Positions 1 to 11,200 of a stretch of 64,000 bases of DNA are shown piece by piece. Each line of letters opens with the position of its first letter. Positions within the stretch are counted from its first letter, which is position 1. Under the pieces are notes generated by a model. The model was not told where the DNA came from. It searched no databases and saw nothing but the letters and a program-made list of their open reading frames with translations. Where the stretch lies: NCBI GenBank assembly GCA_965240325.2, contig OZ251236.1:930001-994000 (forward strand), in the 5' to 3' direction. A program made the position numbers and the translations under genes. The DNA comes from Rebecca billardiae RCC1528. Taxonomy: Eukaryota; Protista; Haptophyta.

Positions 1-164
1 ACAGCTGCGACCAGGCGGGAGACGAGGGCGTCGGCGCCGGGTGGGGTGGGCGGAGTGGCGAGGGCCTGGCCGGTGCGCTCCTCCAGCGGGCGCGACGGCA
101 GGCCCGCGCCGCCGTGCCCGCGCGCCAGCAGCACGCGGAGGGTGTCGTCGCCCAACCCACTCAT
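1..164 (-). CDS. Possible 5' end of a gene running off the left edge (MSGLGDDTLRVLLARG...)
   Basis: ATG at 164 on the minus strand with an open frame to the window edge, head-to-head with the EF-hand gene. No recognisable domain. Confidence 0.3.
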   Translation of the reverse strand, partial: MSGLGDDTLRVLLARGHGGAGLPSRPLEERTGQALATPPTPPGADALVSRLVAA

Positions 165-512
165 CGTTGGCCGCGGCGACTGATCGTTGGCGGAGCCAGT
201 AGCAAGTCCGGGGGCGTCCCTCCCGACTCCCGCCCCGGCCGAGCGTGCGTCCACTCGGGAAGAGCCGGACATGCACCGTTACAACCTGGTTGATAGTCGC
301 GAATATGGGTATGGGTTCATATGTACCGAGCCACCCATGCGAGGCTAATACGCACATACCCGCATTTCTATTGGGGCTTATTGTAGTCGTTCCTCTCGTG
401 AGTCGTGGCTGCGCAGTGCGGGGGAGGGCTGGCGAAAGCAAGAGGGAGGACGCCTTTGCCGAGGCGGGCGGCGAGACTTGGTGGTCAGCGGGCCCGCCCT
501 GCGTGGGCCACG

Positions 513-2204
513 ATGGCTGAGCCACTTGCCTCTCCGCAGGAGGGCCGACGCTCTTCGCACGCCTCCCGATCACCTCGCCCGCCGTCGCGAACCGTGGGCG
601 ACAAGCGGCTGACATCAGACACGACTTCGCAGGCTGGCAGCCGCCGCTCGAGCAACGCGAGCACGATGGCTGTAGCCGCGGCGCAAGCCGCGGCGAGGCA
701 TCTGCCTCGACAACTGTCGAGGTCGATGAAGCACCTCGTCTCCCGGCAGAGGAGACTACGGCCGCAGCCGCCCTCGAGCTGGCCGACCGCACATGACTGG
801 CTCTTTCAGGGCGACATCCACACGCGCGACGAGAATGACGCCGACGCCACGCCGCCAGGCCTCATCTCGTCCGACCAGATGGCGGATATTGCGGGCATCT
901 GGAAGAAGCTCGGTGCGCGCGCGCGCGTGCTGCCTGCCGTCCGGGCCCGTCAACCCCCACCAGGCGGCTGCGCGCACCCCGTGGCAGCCCGCGCGCTCGC
1001 GCGCCGCGCGCCCTGTGCGGTCCGCCCCTCACCCGCCCCGCTGCTGCCCCGTGCACACCGCCGGGCCGCGGCACGCGCAGACGCCGACGGCAGCGGCTCG
1101 CTCTCGCTCGAGGAGCTCGACAAGGCGCTCAAGCTGCTGGGCTACGAGAACGACGAGGACACGGCCGAGCTCGTCCGGCTGATTGACAAGGACGGCTCGG
1201 GCGTGATTGAATGGGAGGAGTTCCGCACGCTGATGGTGACGAAGGTGGTGGAGGAGTCGAACGAGGTGGAGGTGCGCGCGCGCGCGCGCGGGCTCGCGCC
1301 GCGGGAGCCGCCGCCCGCCGGGCCGACGCGCCTGTCGCCGCACCTCTCGCGCGCGGCACACGCGCACTGCGCGCGCGAAACGCGCATACGCGCGCATGTT
1401 TGCGCGTGCGCGACCGGCGCACGCACGCCCTTACTGTACAGCACGCACCGCTGCTGCGCGCGGGTGTGCCTGGCCCGGCGCCAGATGGACCTGACGTTCG
1501 AGATGCTCGACCTCAATGGCGACGGCGACATCAGCGGCGACGAGCTCAAGGCGCTGCTGATGCACCGCGGCCAGGCGCTCTCGGCCGCGGAGGCGGACGA
1601 CCTGGTGTCGCTGCTCTCAGGGGGGTCGGGCGTGGTGAGCTATGAGACGTTCAGAGAAGGGATGAGCGCGCTGTTCCGGGCGACGCCGTCGACCTCGCTG
1701 GAGAACAGGCACGCCGACACGCCGCAGCGCAAGGCGCGCTTCTCGCGGCCGACGAACGCGAACGGGGCCAGCTACAACTCGCTCCCAGGCGGCGGCGGGC
1801 CGCAGCAGCCGCCGTCGCCAATCTCGGAGAGCAACTCGCTGCCGCCGCCATCGCCCGCGCACGCCGCCGCCGTGAGCGGCAGCATGTGCCACTCGGCAGC
1901 CGCGTCGGAAAACACCGCGTCGTTCTCCGAGGGCGCGGTCGTTGTGGACCGGCAGCGCTCGCGCTCCCTGGAGGAGCGCCAACCCGAGCTCCCGGGCGCG
2001 TGTGGACCGCCGCCCGCGTTCGGGGGCGTTTTTGGCGGCATCCACCTGCCCGGTGCCGCCAGGCGTGCGAGCAGCCACGCGGAGCAGACGACGGAATCGC
2101 CCGTCAAGTCGATCAGCCCGAGCGAGGGGGGCAGCACCAGCAACACGCCACCCAGGAGAGAGAGCAGGTTGCGACCAAGCGACGCGGACGACGACGTGCC
2201 CTAG
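513..2204 (+). CDS. Calmodulin/centrin-like EF-hand protein with long disordered termini (~436 aa); exons 513-912, 1081-1271, 1485-2204
   Basis: EF loops DADGSGSLSLEE, DKDGSGVIEWEE, DLNGDGDISGDE and a degenerate fourth. Removing GTGCGC...CAG introns 913-1080 and 1272-1484 joins them into a normal four-EF core. Confidence 0.85.
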   Translation: MAEPLASPQEGRRSSHASRSPRPPSRTVGDKRLTSDTTSQAGSRRSSNASTMAVAAAQAAARHLPRQLSRSMKHLVSRQRRLRPQPPSSWPTAHDWLFQGDIHTRDENDADATPPGLISSDQMADIAGIWKKLGARARVLPAVRARQPPPGGCAHPVAARALARRAPCAVRPSPAPLLPRAHRRAAARADADGSGSLSLEELDKALKLLGYENDEDTAELVRLIDKDGSGVIEWEEFRTLMVTKVVEESNEVEVRARARGLAPREPPPAGPTRLSPHLSRAAHAHCARETRIRAHVCACATGARTPLLYSTHRCCARVCLARRQMDLTFEMLDLNGDGDISGDELKALLMHRGQALSAAEADDLVSLLSGGSGVVSYETFREGMSALFRATPSTSLENRHADTPQRKARFSRPTNANGASYNSLPGGGGPQQPPSPISESNSLPPPSPAHAAAVSGSMCHSAAASENTASFSEGAVVVDRQRSRSLEERQPELPGACGPPPAFGGVFGGIHLPGAARRASSHAEQTTESPVKSISPSEGGSTSNTPPRRESRLRPSDADDDVP

Positions 2205-3161
2205 CCCCACCCGCCACAGTGAGCCATCCGTACTCATGTGCCCGGGCTCGTGTCAACCCGCAGGCCACGCCACGCGCCGACTGCGCGCTGACATGCCGAG
2301 ACTCGCGTCCTGATGCCGTGATATGCGACTTGCTTGCGCCGGTCGCGGGCTGGCTCCATATCTATATGTACTACCGTAGCAGCTACGACTTGTACTGAAT
2401 AACCGCGTTGTTATCGCCATGAACGGGGCGGACGGCCAATGGTACGGCCCGCCACGGTCGGGCGGCCACGGGCACGGCTAGAGGGCACGGCCACGGCCGG
2501 CGGGGCATAGCCACGGGCACAGGCCGCACGTGGGTCTGCCGCAACTGCAAGCCGCGCCGAATAACGGTATGACCCGGTACAGTAACAGGTAGTAGCGCAG
2601 TAGTCTCAGCAGTTATCTCATCAGCGCGGGCGACACCTGTCAGCTGTCGTACAGGCCTGAACGCCCTGAACTCTGAGTCTGAGACTGAACTTGAAATTCT
2701 CAGTTGAAGGCTGAACGGCTGCGAGCTAGACTGCCGTAGAGTCGGACACTGGCAGCTTGACACTGCTCACTTGTGTCGATCTTCACTGATTAGACATTAG
2801 TGATTATGATCTTCAGGAATCCGAGACATCAGTCGATATCTTGCATCTCGTCATTATCATCGTCAGTGAACGTAGTACGTCATACTGTATACACTACACA
2901 GTAGTACTGATGTCGTACAGATGACGATATATGACGAATATATATGATCGATGCTGATGCATGACTGACTGCCGACCGATCGGTAAGAGTCAGTACTATG
3001 CCGATGGCGATGACGACGATGCGCTGACGACTGCTACAGTGGCGGCGGTATGATACGCTCCGACGACGATCCCCTACGATTTACTCATATTACAGTTTAC
3101 GACGCGCGGCGTGAGACGCGTTACGAGGGAGACTGGGACTCAGGGAGTGCTGACTGACTCG

Positions 3162-4115
3162 TCACTCCACCTTGACCGGGGGATGGCGGCTGCCGAGACT
3201 GGCAAGGGTCCGCCCGCCGATGCCCGCCTTCTTGATGGCAGGGTCGAGGCTGTTGGCGTCGAGCGTTGCGCCACCGGGCATGTACCGGATCGAGTAGCGC
3301 ATCAGCGGCCTGCCGTCGTACTCGCGTCGACCTCGGTTTGTGAGCGGCGCCGCGCGGTGGAAGCAGTAGCGCGTGTGGATGAGCGCATCGCCCGGGGCGA
3401 GCTCAAACTCGCGTCGCCGCAGCTCGCACAGCGCGTGGATCCAGGGCGCGTTTCGGGCGAGATCACACGTCGAGACCGGCATGCGTCCGCGCGGCCGGTT
3501 GATCGCGCGGATCGCCCTCTCTCGCCACCACGCGCGGTGTGAGCCGGCCGCGAGCGCGAGGCCGCCGCCGTTGCCGCTCTTGTACGGCGAGAGCGCGACC
3601 CACGCGTTCACCCCGGGTCCGGGCGCGTCGGGCGGGCAGGGCCAGAAGAACGAGTCGTCGCGGTGCCAGCCGCAGCCGCGCTTGCCCGGCTCGTACGCGA
3701 GGAAGGCGTCCTTGAGCACGCGCACGTCGCGGTCAGCCGCGGGCGTCGGGCGCGCGCCGCCGCCCACGTCGACGCTCATGAGCTGCGCGACGATCTTGGG
3801 CAGCCGCGACGAGAGCGCGACTTGTCGCAGAGCCGGCGAAATGTCGAGCTGGTGGAACGCGAGCGATGAGTACGAGGTCCCCCCAACGCCCGTGGGTGCC
3901 GCCACGAGCTTGCGGCCCTCCGCCTGCGCAGCCTCGAGCGCGGCACCTGTGATCACGCCGCGTACGACGACGTAGCCGTCGCGCGCAAAGTGCTGGAGCT
4001 CGGACGGCGGGAGCGGGCCGTCTGCAGCTCGCGCGCTCGACGACGCGGGCGCCGCCGCAGCCCGCGCGCCGAGCGGCAGAAGCAGCGCAACCAGCATCGA
4101 CACGACGCCGGACAT
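3162..4115 (-). CDS. PhyH-like Fe(II)/2-oxoglutarate dioxygenase with N-terminal signal peptide
   Basis: F-x-RDGYVVVR, WHRD (HxD), NAWVAL, PGDALIH...FHRA (distal His) and RYSIRY; hydrophobic N-terminus. Confidence 0.85.
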   Translation of the reverse strand: MSGVVSMLVALLLPLGARAAAAPASSSARAADGPLPPSELQHFARDGYVVVRGVITGAALEAAQAEGRKLVAAPTGVGGTSYSSLAFHQLDISPALRQVALSSRLPKIVAQLMSVDVGGGARPTPAADRDVRVLKDAFLAYEPGKRGCGWHRDDSFFWPCPPDAPGPGVNAWVALSPYKSGNGGGLALAAGSHRAWWRERAIRAINRPRGRMPVSTCDLARNAPWIHALCELRRREFELAPGDALIHTRYCFHRAAPLTNRGRREYDGRPLMRYSIRYMPGGATLDANSLDPAIKKAGIGGRTLASLGSRHPPVKVE

Positions 4116-4251
4116 CGCGCGCGTCGGGCTGGATGCGCAGCACTTTTCGACGGAACCGGGCCGCTCCAGCCAAGGGGGTTCAACTCCAGCTAGCCTCCGC
4201 GTCCTGGGTCCGGCGCCGGAGTTTCAAGTTGACCACCGGACGTACGGCTGG

Positions 4252-6129
4252 ATGCGCGCGCGCGCAATGATGCAGGGCGGGGCTGCCCCCATGCGGCGAC
4301 CAAGACCGCGCTTCCTGCTCTTGCTCGCCTCGTGCGTGGCGGTGGCGCCCGAGGCGGCTCGACCCGTCGGGCCGCGCGCTGCGCCCGGCCGCGAGTGCTA
4401 CCGCACGCCCAGCGCTCCGAAGTGCGTCATCGTCTCCGACCGCCACATCCCGAAGACGGGCGGCGTCACGGTGCGGCTCGTGATGCGGCACATGGAGCAA
4501 CGCGGCGTGTGCGCGATGTGGCCGGGGTTCTGGCAGACGCCGCGGCTGTGGACGCGAGCCATCGGTCGGATTCGCCGCTCCGAGCCCGAGCTGCGGCGTG
4601 GCGCGGCCATGCGCCTGTGCGTCGAGGCGCACGCCACGGCCAACTACACGGGAACCTCTGCCGCGACCAAGATGAAGAAGCCGGCCGCAAAGGAGAGCGG
4701 GCCGCAGCCGCGGCGGTACACGGCGATGCACGAGAGCCTCGTCAGCCTGCGCGGCTGGGGCCAGCGCACGGGGCTCTGCCGCGTCGTCCTCGCCATCCGC
4801 ACGCGCGAGCCGCTCGCATACTATCGCTCGTATTTCATGTGGCGCGTGCTCGGCCCGCACTCGAGGAGCATGCAGGAGTGGGCGCGGACGGTGCCCGACC
4901 TGCAGGCGCACGCGGTGTACCACAACGTCGACGGCAACTCGGCCGCGCGGATCAAGCGCGCCGGCGCGATCGACGCCGCCGCCCTCTCGCGCATCCTCCG
5001 CTTCATCGACTCGTTCGACCTCGCGTGGCCGGTCGAGCGCTTTGACGACGGGCTGAGGCTGCTCGGCGTGATCAGCGGCCTGGACTTCGGCGCGTACAGC
5101 GGCACGCGGTACAGCCCGATGGTGCGGAACGCGCAGGTGCTGCTCAACTGCACCGACGCGAAGCTCGCCGGCGCGACGAAGAAGGGCACCGCCTGCACCA
5201 AGGCCGCGCGCGAGACGTTCACCCCGTGTGTCGGCGCGCACGCGGCGCCGTGTGCCGAGCTGATCGCGCGCGTTGCGCCCGCGGACACGCAGATGCATGC
5301 GTACGTTGTGCACACCTTCGAGGCGAAGTGGCGGGCGCTTTGGCCAGGCGCGCGCGACGGCGGCAGCGCCGCGCGAGCTGCCCGGCCCGCGAGCGCGCAC
5401 GACTCGGCGCACGGTGCTGCCGAGGCGGCGCTCAACGCCAGCACAGCCACCGCCGCCGCTGCCACCGCGGCCGCGGCCGCGGAGGGTGTGGCAAGCGGCC
5501 CCGCCAACGCGAGCGATGTGTGCACATCACCGCGCGGGCGTTCGGCCGCTCGCCGAGTGCACATGAGCGCGCTCGTGTGCGATAGGCAGCCGGTGTACCT
5601 GCGCAACGACTCGGAGGCGGACAGCGGCGTCCCGCCCGCGGCCGAGTGCATGGCGCTGCTCGACTCAACGACCAACCCGTGCATGCCCGCGCCGCCGCTT
5701 GTCAGCGCCGTGTTCCCAGTGGGCAACAGCAAGCTGCATGCGTGCCCGCCGCACTGCATGGCGCTGGTGCCGAGCGCTGACCAGGGGCACAAGATCCGCG
5801 CGAGCGAAGCCACTGGGAAGCTGCGCTTCGGCGGCCGCGTGCTCGCCGAGGATGCGGGCGGCGGCGTCGCGGTCTCGGCGGCGCAGCCAGCGGGCCATGC
5901 TGGTGGCAGCGGCGCACTCGCAGCGGGCGCCGGCGGTCCCGTGCAGCCCGCAGCCGCGCCGGCGCAGGTCAAGGGCACAGAGGCAGCGGGCTGGGCCTCG
6001 GGCATGGCGCTTGACGAGCTTCAGCGTCTTGCCCACGACTGCGCGTGGGATCGGAAGCACCTCCTGCAGAAGTGGAAGAGGGAGAAGCGGCGCGTGCACA
6101 TCAGCGCGGACAGCCGTCGCCTCCGCTGA
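4252..6129 (+). CDS. Sulfotransferase (Sulfotransfer_2-like) with signal/anchor and Cys-containing C-terminal extension
   Basis: 5'-PSB-like HIPKTGGVTV and 3'-PB-like TREPLAYYRSYF; hydrophobic FLLLLASCVAVA near the N-terminus. Confidence 0.75.
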   Translation: MRARAMMQGGAAPMRRPRPRFLLLLASCVAVAPEAARPVGPRAAPGRECYRTPSAPKCVIVSDRHIPKTGGVTVRLVMRHMEQRGVCAMWPGFWQTPRLWTRAIGRIRRSEPELRRGAAMRLCVEAHATANYTGTSAATKMKKPAAKESGPQPRRYTAMHESLVSLRGWGQRTGLCRVVLAIRTREPLAYYRSYFMWRVLGPHSRSMQEWARTVPDLQAHAVYHNVDGNSAARIKRAGAIDAAALSRILRFIDSFDLAWPVERFDDGLRLLGVISGLDFGAYSGTRYSPMVRNAQVLLNCTDAKLAGATKKGTACTKAARETFTPCVGAHAAPCAELIARVAPADTQMHAYVVHTFEAKWRALWPGARDGGSAARAARPASAHDSAHGAAEAALNASTATAAAATAAAAAEGVASGPANASDVCTSPRGRSAARRVHMSALVCDRQPVYLRNDSEADSGVPPAAECMALLDSTTNPCMPAPPLVSAVFPVGNSKLHACPPHCMALVPSADQGHKIRASEATGKLRFGGRVLAEDAGGGVAVSAAQPAGHAGGSGALAAGAGGPVQPAAAPAQVKGTEAAGWASGMALDELQRLAHDCAWDRKHLLQKWKREKRRVHISADSRRLR

Positions 6130-6364
6130 CCTTCAGTTATAGTATAGCTGCTGCTACTGCTGCTACTGCTACTAGCAGTAGCATCAGTATACTCAGCGCA
6201 TCAGTAGCAGCGCAGCAGCAGTCGTCAGTTTATTCGTCCGGATTCTGGACGGACCATAGTCGTCCGTCCATACTCTCAGTCTCACTACTACTCTGTCTCT
6301 GAGTCTGACATCTGAATAGTAAATAATTTTATAGCGCTATATAGTACTACGACGACGTAGTCAC

Positions 6365-7981
6365 TCAGTCCGCGACTCTATCTAGCCGTAGCGCCGCAGG
6401 CGCAGCAGCAGCGTCGTCAGAGCAGTGCTGCTGAGTTGACGCGGCAGCACGGCGCACACTCCGCAGCCCCGCGCCGCATGGCTCGTGCCCCAGGATGCGC
6501 CAGCAGAGCAGCTCGGCCAAGTGGCACAGCACAAGCTCGCACACGCTCACGCCGTAGCGCAGCTGCTCGGCGCACGCGGTGGGAGCAGGGCAGTCTGCGT
6601 CTGCGCCGCCACGTGGAGCTGCCGCGAGATGGGCGGCAGCCGGAGAATCCCGCCCTTCGGGCGGCGCGAGCACTCCTTGAGCCAGCGCGGAGAAAAGTGC
6701 ACGCACGTCTATCTGCGCAGGCTCGGCACCCCCTGCGCCACACCCGAGCCAGTGGGCCACGTCCGTGCGGGCCTGCTCCAGCGACGGCGGCGGCTCAGCG
6801 CTGGCAGCGGGCCCAGCCGGAGCGCGCTTGCGCCGCCGCCGCCTGCGCTCCAGCTCGAGGTCCTGCGCGCACGCCGCCGAGTCCGCGCCGGCCTGCGAGT
6901 GCGCCGCCCGCTCGCGCAGACTGCGCACCAGCGCCCCATACCGGCTCTCTGCGACCTCAGCAAGCAGCGCGCTCAGCGGCCGCACGCGCGGCGCACCCGT
7001 CTGGTTGCACTCCGCGCCGAGGGCATCGGCCATCGCCGCGTGCGCGAGGCACAGCGCGTGCGCGATCGCGGGCGCCAGCAGCTCGTCGCGCGGCCAGTGC
7101 GGCGCGAGTGGAAGCGGCTGCCAATGGCTGCCAAAGGCGGTGAGCAGCGCGGCCGCTGCCGAGCAGCCGCGCCCAGCTGAGAAGACGTTCACACTGACGG
7201 AGCCAGGCGCCGCGCCGCCGTCCGCCGCGTCGGCGAGGACGGCGACGTGGTGGAAGTAGAACGGCGGGATGTACAGCGCGTCGCCCGGCCGCAGGACCTC
7301 GTCGTACGCCGCGCGCGGCACGTCGGCCGGACTCGCGCGTGCCGGACCGTCCAGCTCGAGGTGCAGCTGGCTCTTCCGCGCGCGCGCGTGCGTGTCCGGG
7401 TAGACGCACAGCGCGGCTGCCGCGCTCGGCGGCCAGAGGGTGACGCGCTTGGTTCCGTGCAGCTGGACAAGCACGTTGTCGAGCACGTCATAGTGCGCGA
7501 GCGTCGTCGAGCCCGCGCCTCCAATCCACAGCGAGGGATCGAGCGCCTGTGCGTCCTCGACCCCCAGGGTTGCAACCTCAGGCCACAAGGCCTGCGAGGC
7601 ATCGGGGCACAGGCCGCGGGCAGGCGCCGTGAGGTAGTGGTAATGCGCCGGCGAGGCACAGCTCTGCGCCGCGATCCCGCTCCACAGCTCCGCTGGCCGC
7701 ATGCGCACCACCTCGAACTCGTGCGCACGCGTCGCAGCGCCCGAGTCGCGCCCTTCCACGAGCATGAACGAGCGCGACGTCGAGCGCTTCACGTCGAGTT
7801 GGTCGTAGAGCGCGTCCATTTCGCGCCCGAGCGAGACTGGAGTGAAGCGCTCACTCGCGGCCCATCGCCGCGCACACGCCAACTCGATACGTGCCGGCCT
7901 CCCACGGCCAGCCACGCGCGCCAGCTCCGCGGCAGCCATCGTCGTTGTCTCCGCTTCTCGGCCGTTGTTCGTCGTCGTCAT
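6365..7981 (-). CDS. JmjC (cupin_8-like) Fe(II)/2OG hydroxylase
   Basis: LWIGGAGSTTLAHYD (HxD), QLHGTKRVTLWPP and LRPGDALYIPPFYFHHV. Confidence 0.88.
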   Translation of the reverse strand: MTTTNNGREAETTTMAAAELARVAGRGRPARIELACARRWAASERFTPVSLGREMDALYDQLDVKRSTSRSFMLVEGRDSGAATRAHEFEVVRMRPAELWSGIAAQSCASPAHYHYLTAPARGLCPDASQALWPEVATLGVEDAQALDPSLWIGGAGSTTLAHYDVLDNVLVQLHGTKRVTLWPPSAAAALCVYPDTHARARKSQLHLELDGPARASPADVPRAAYDEVLRPGDALYIPPFYFHHVAVLADAADGGAAPGSVSVNVFSAGRGCSAAAALLTAFGSHWQPLPLAPHWPRDELLAPAIAHALCLAHAAMADALGAECNQTGAPRVRPLSALLAEVAESRYGALVRSLRERAAHSQAGADSAACAQDLELERRRRRRKRAPAGPAASAEPPPSLEQARTDVAHWLGCGAGGAEPAQIDVRALFSALAQGVLAPPEGRDSPAAAHLAAAPRGGADADCPAPTACAEQLRYGVSVCELVLCHLAELLCWRILGHEPCGAGLRSVRRAAASTQQHCSDDAAAAPAALRLDRVAD

Positions 7982-8260
7982 TAGCTACAGATTTTATTAT
8001 ATATTTAATGCATCAGCGTATCATATTTATTCTTATTTGACGAGATGATTACGATTGTAATAAAACAGCAGTTGAGTTAAACGGTGCGCATACAATGATG
8101 AGGTCACTGATAATGATGACGAGAGGACGATGATTCGTAGCCTCATAGTGAACGTACGCCGATCGAGCAGAGGCTTTCCACTGCTTTCGTCGCAGACCGG
8201 AGTCCAAAGTCCGTCCCGCCGGCGTGAAGCCTGTGAGTGTGAGCCGCGGCCGCGACATTC

Positions 8261-11200
8261 TCAGGCCTCGACAAACCAGGCGACGTGCTCCCAGAGCGTG
8301 TCGAGCCACTCCTGCAGGCCGTCGAAGTGCGCGAAGATCGGCGCGCAGCACGGCAGGTGCGCCAGCAGCTTGATGAGGTACGGCAGCGCCGTCGAGACGG
8401 ACATGAGGCTCGGCTCGTTCACCGCGAACGTCTGCGTCATCGCGACCGCCCACGAGACCATCATGTCGTGCGAGTTATCCGCGCCGATCACCTTGCCGAA
8501 CGTGATGATCACGGAGCAGCACAGCACGAAGCAGAAGCCCATCGACGCCCACGACATGATGTGGAACGCCTTCGGCCCGATCACGCACCGCGGCCGCTCG
8601 TCGTCCTCGAGCCTCGCATAGTGCCGCACGCCCGCCGGCCGCTTGAAGCCTGAGCCTGAGCCGAGCTGGCCTGGGGTCGCGGCCGCCCGCCGCCTCGCCG
8701 CGGGGTCGCGCGCCCCGGCGTCGACGATTGGCTTGGTCCGCCGCGACTGGCCGCCAAGCCACGCGCCCGCGCCTGCATGCTCGATGGCCAGCCGATGCTG
8801 CTTGGCCTGCGCCGCGCGCGCCGCGCTCGCCGCCTGCGCCCGCAGCGACGAGAGCGCTCGGTCTCCATCCGCGTCCGCGTCGGCGCACGCAGCGTTCGTG
8901 CGGCGCGCGTGCGTGTTGATCGAGCGGTAGCGCGACTCGGCCGCGCGCGCCTCGTCGCGCAGGCGCTGCTCGCGCGAGAGCCGCAGCGCGGCGGCGGCGC
9001 CCGCGCCACCGCCTTGCCTGCCGCCTCCGCTGCCGTGGCTCTCCTCCGACGACTCTGACGGTGTGGCCTCCGAGCCCGCGCGCGCGGCCGCGCCCGCCTT
9101 GGTGCCTGCGTCGCGTTGGCGCGCGCCGCCAAAGAGCCCGCCGGCAAAGCGGCCGGCGGGGGCAGGCGACGCGGCAGGGTCCGTGCTCGCCGACGCGTCC
9201 GATGCAGCCGGCGGAGCGGCCGCGGGCGCGGCGCTCGCGCCGGCAGCAGCGGGCGAGGGCTTGGGAGCCTGCTTGGCCGCGCGCGCCTCCGCCTTGATGC
9301 GCGCGCGCTCCTTGTGCCTCCTCAGCTGCAGGAGCTCGCGCTCTCGGTCTGCGGCCTGCTGCGCGCGCGCCGCCTCCTTGCCGATCTGCTGCGCCTCCGC
9401 GCGCATCTTCGCCGCCTCCTGCAACGCGTGCGCCTTCGTCCCGGCGTCCTTGTGGCGGCGCAGCTCCAGCGCCTCCGCCTGCGCGTCGAGCGCCTCGGCG
9501 CGCTCCGCCGCCCTGTCGGCCGTCGCCTCGAGCTGCGCGATCTTCTGCTTGCGCTGCAGCTCCTCCGCGGCGAACGAGCCCTCGGGCGGCGGCTCCGAGG
9601 TAAAGAGCGACGAGCGGCGGCGCGGAGGCGGCGGCTCGGCCTTGCGAACGGCGAGGAGCGCCGGCTTCCGCGGGCCGCCTTCGCGCTGGAGCCTGCGCTC
9701 GCGCGCGCGCCGCTGCCGCAGCGCGAGCTTGCGCCGCTGCGCGCCCTGCAGCACGACGGCGGCCGCCTCGCGGTCGGCGCGCGAGGCGACGGCGACGAAG
9801 CGGCGGAAGGGCCACACCTCGTTGAGGTACCACAGCTGCTTGAACACGATCAGCCCGGGCAGGCACACGCACGACGTGATGATCGACTCGATGATGTACG
9901 TGATGAGCGGCGTCTTGGCCGGCGGCGGCGGCGGCACCGTCGGGTCGGGCGGCTCGCTGGGCGAGTAGAGCATGCACTCGACGACGAGCTCGAGCGCGAT
10001 CACGTTGAAGAAGATCTGCACGAGCTGCGCGCGCGAGTACGTCTTCTCCTTCGAGAAGAGCACCGCGAGCAGCGTGTGCTCGTCGCGGAACTTGTCGGAC
10101 AGGTCGGTGGTGAACTGCTTGAGCAGAGAGCCGTCCTCCTCCGCGTCGCGCGCCGCCTGCCACTTGCTCGCGCCGCCGCCCTTGCCGACCGCGACGATCA
10201 CCTGGCCGGTGCGCGTGCCCTCGAGCTTGGCGTCCTCCTCGCGCTCGCGCACCTCGCGCGGCTGCTTCGTCTGCAGCGCGCCCACGATGAACTTGGTCTG
10301 CTCCGCGCGCTTGGCGCGCTCCTGCCGCCAGTCGAAGTAGCAGCCGACCGCGAGCAGCAGCGCGTTCGCCGCAGACAGCCCAAACACCAGGTTGTAGATG
10401 TCCTGGAACTCGGCGTAGTCGAAGTGGAGCAGCGCGTCGCCCACGTCCTGGAGCGAGAACGTGTTGATCGACACCGCCGTGATCTGCTCGAGCAGCTCCT
10501 CCTTCGACGTGGGCACCGCCATGCCGCAGAAGTCCGTCAGGTGCGTGCACGCGCACCTCAGCAGCACCTCCTCCGCCTCCGCCTCCGCCTCCGCCTCCGC
10601 GCCGCTCGCGTTGCCAAGCTCCGAGAGCGCGCGGTGGCGGCGGCGGCGCACCACGCCGAGCGCCGTGCAGCCCTCCGACGACCACGTACCCGCCGACTCC
10701 GACCAGTACTGGCACGTCGCCGGCGTCGGCTCGGGGCACTCGGGCACGGCGCTCAGGTCGGCGCCAAAGCCAAAGAGTGGGTCTGCGCGGAGGCCGACGC
10801 GCGCCGCCTCGGGCGCGGCGCGCGCGTACGCGTCGGCCCACTCCGCCCACGCCCAGCTGGGCGGCGGCAGCTCGCTCGACGCGTTGGCGGCGGGCGCGCC
10901 GGCGCCAACGCTCGCGTTCGCGTGCTGCGTCCAGTTCGCCCACGCCCGCCAGTGCTCGAGCTCGGTGGCGTTGAAGCCCGTCTGGTTGTGTCGCAGCGCG
11001 CCGAGCAGCGCGCGCACCGCCTCCGCGCGCGCGGCCGCCTCGAGCGGGTCGATCTGCGCCTGCCGCGCGGCCATGCACGCAGCGTGCGCCTCGCGCTCGG
11101 CCGCGAGCGGCTCGATCGACGCCGCGTCCACCGAGAGCGGCATCTCGATGATGATCGGCTCGGCCAGCCCGTGCACCTTGAGCGCCGAGCCCGCGGACGC

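Noticed and set aside
513-2204. Functional link between the EF-hand protein and the IQ-like motif of the receptors
   Set aside because: Proximity alone is weak evidence in a eukaryotic genome.
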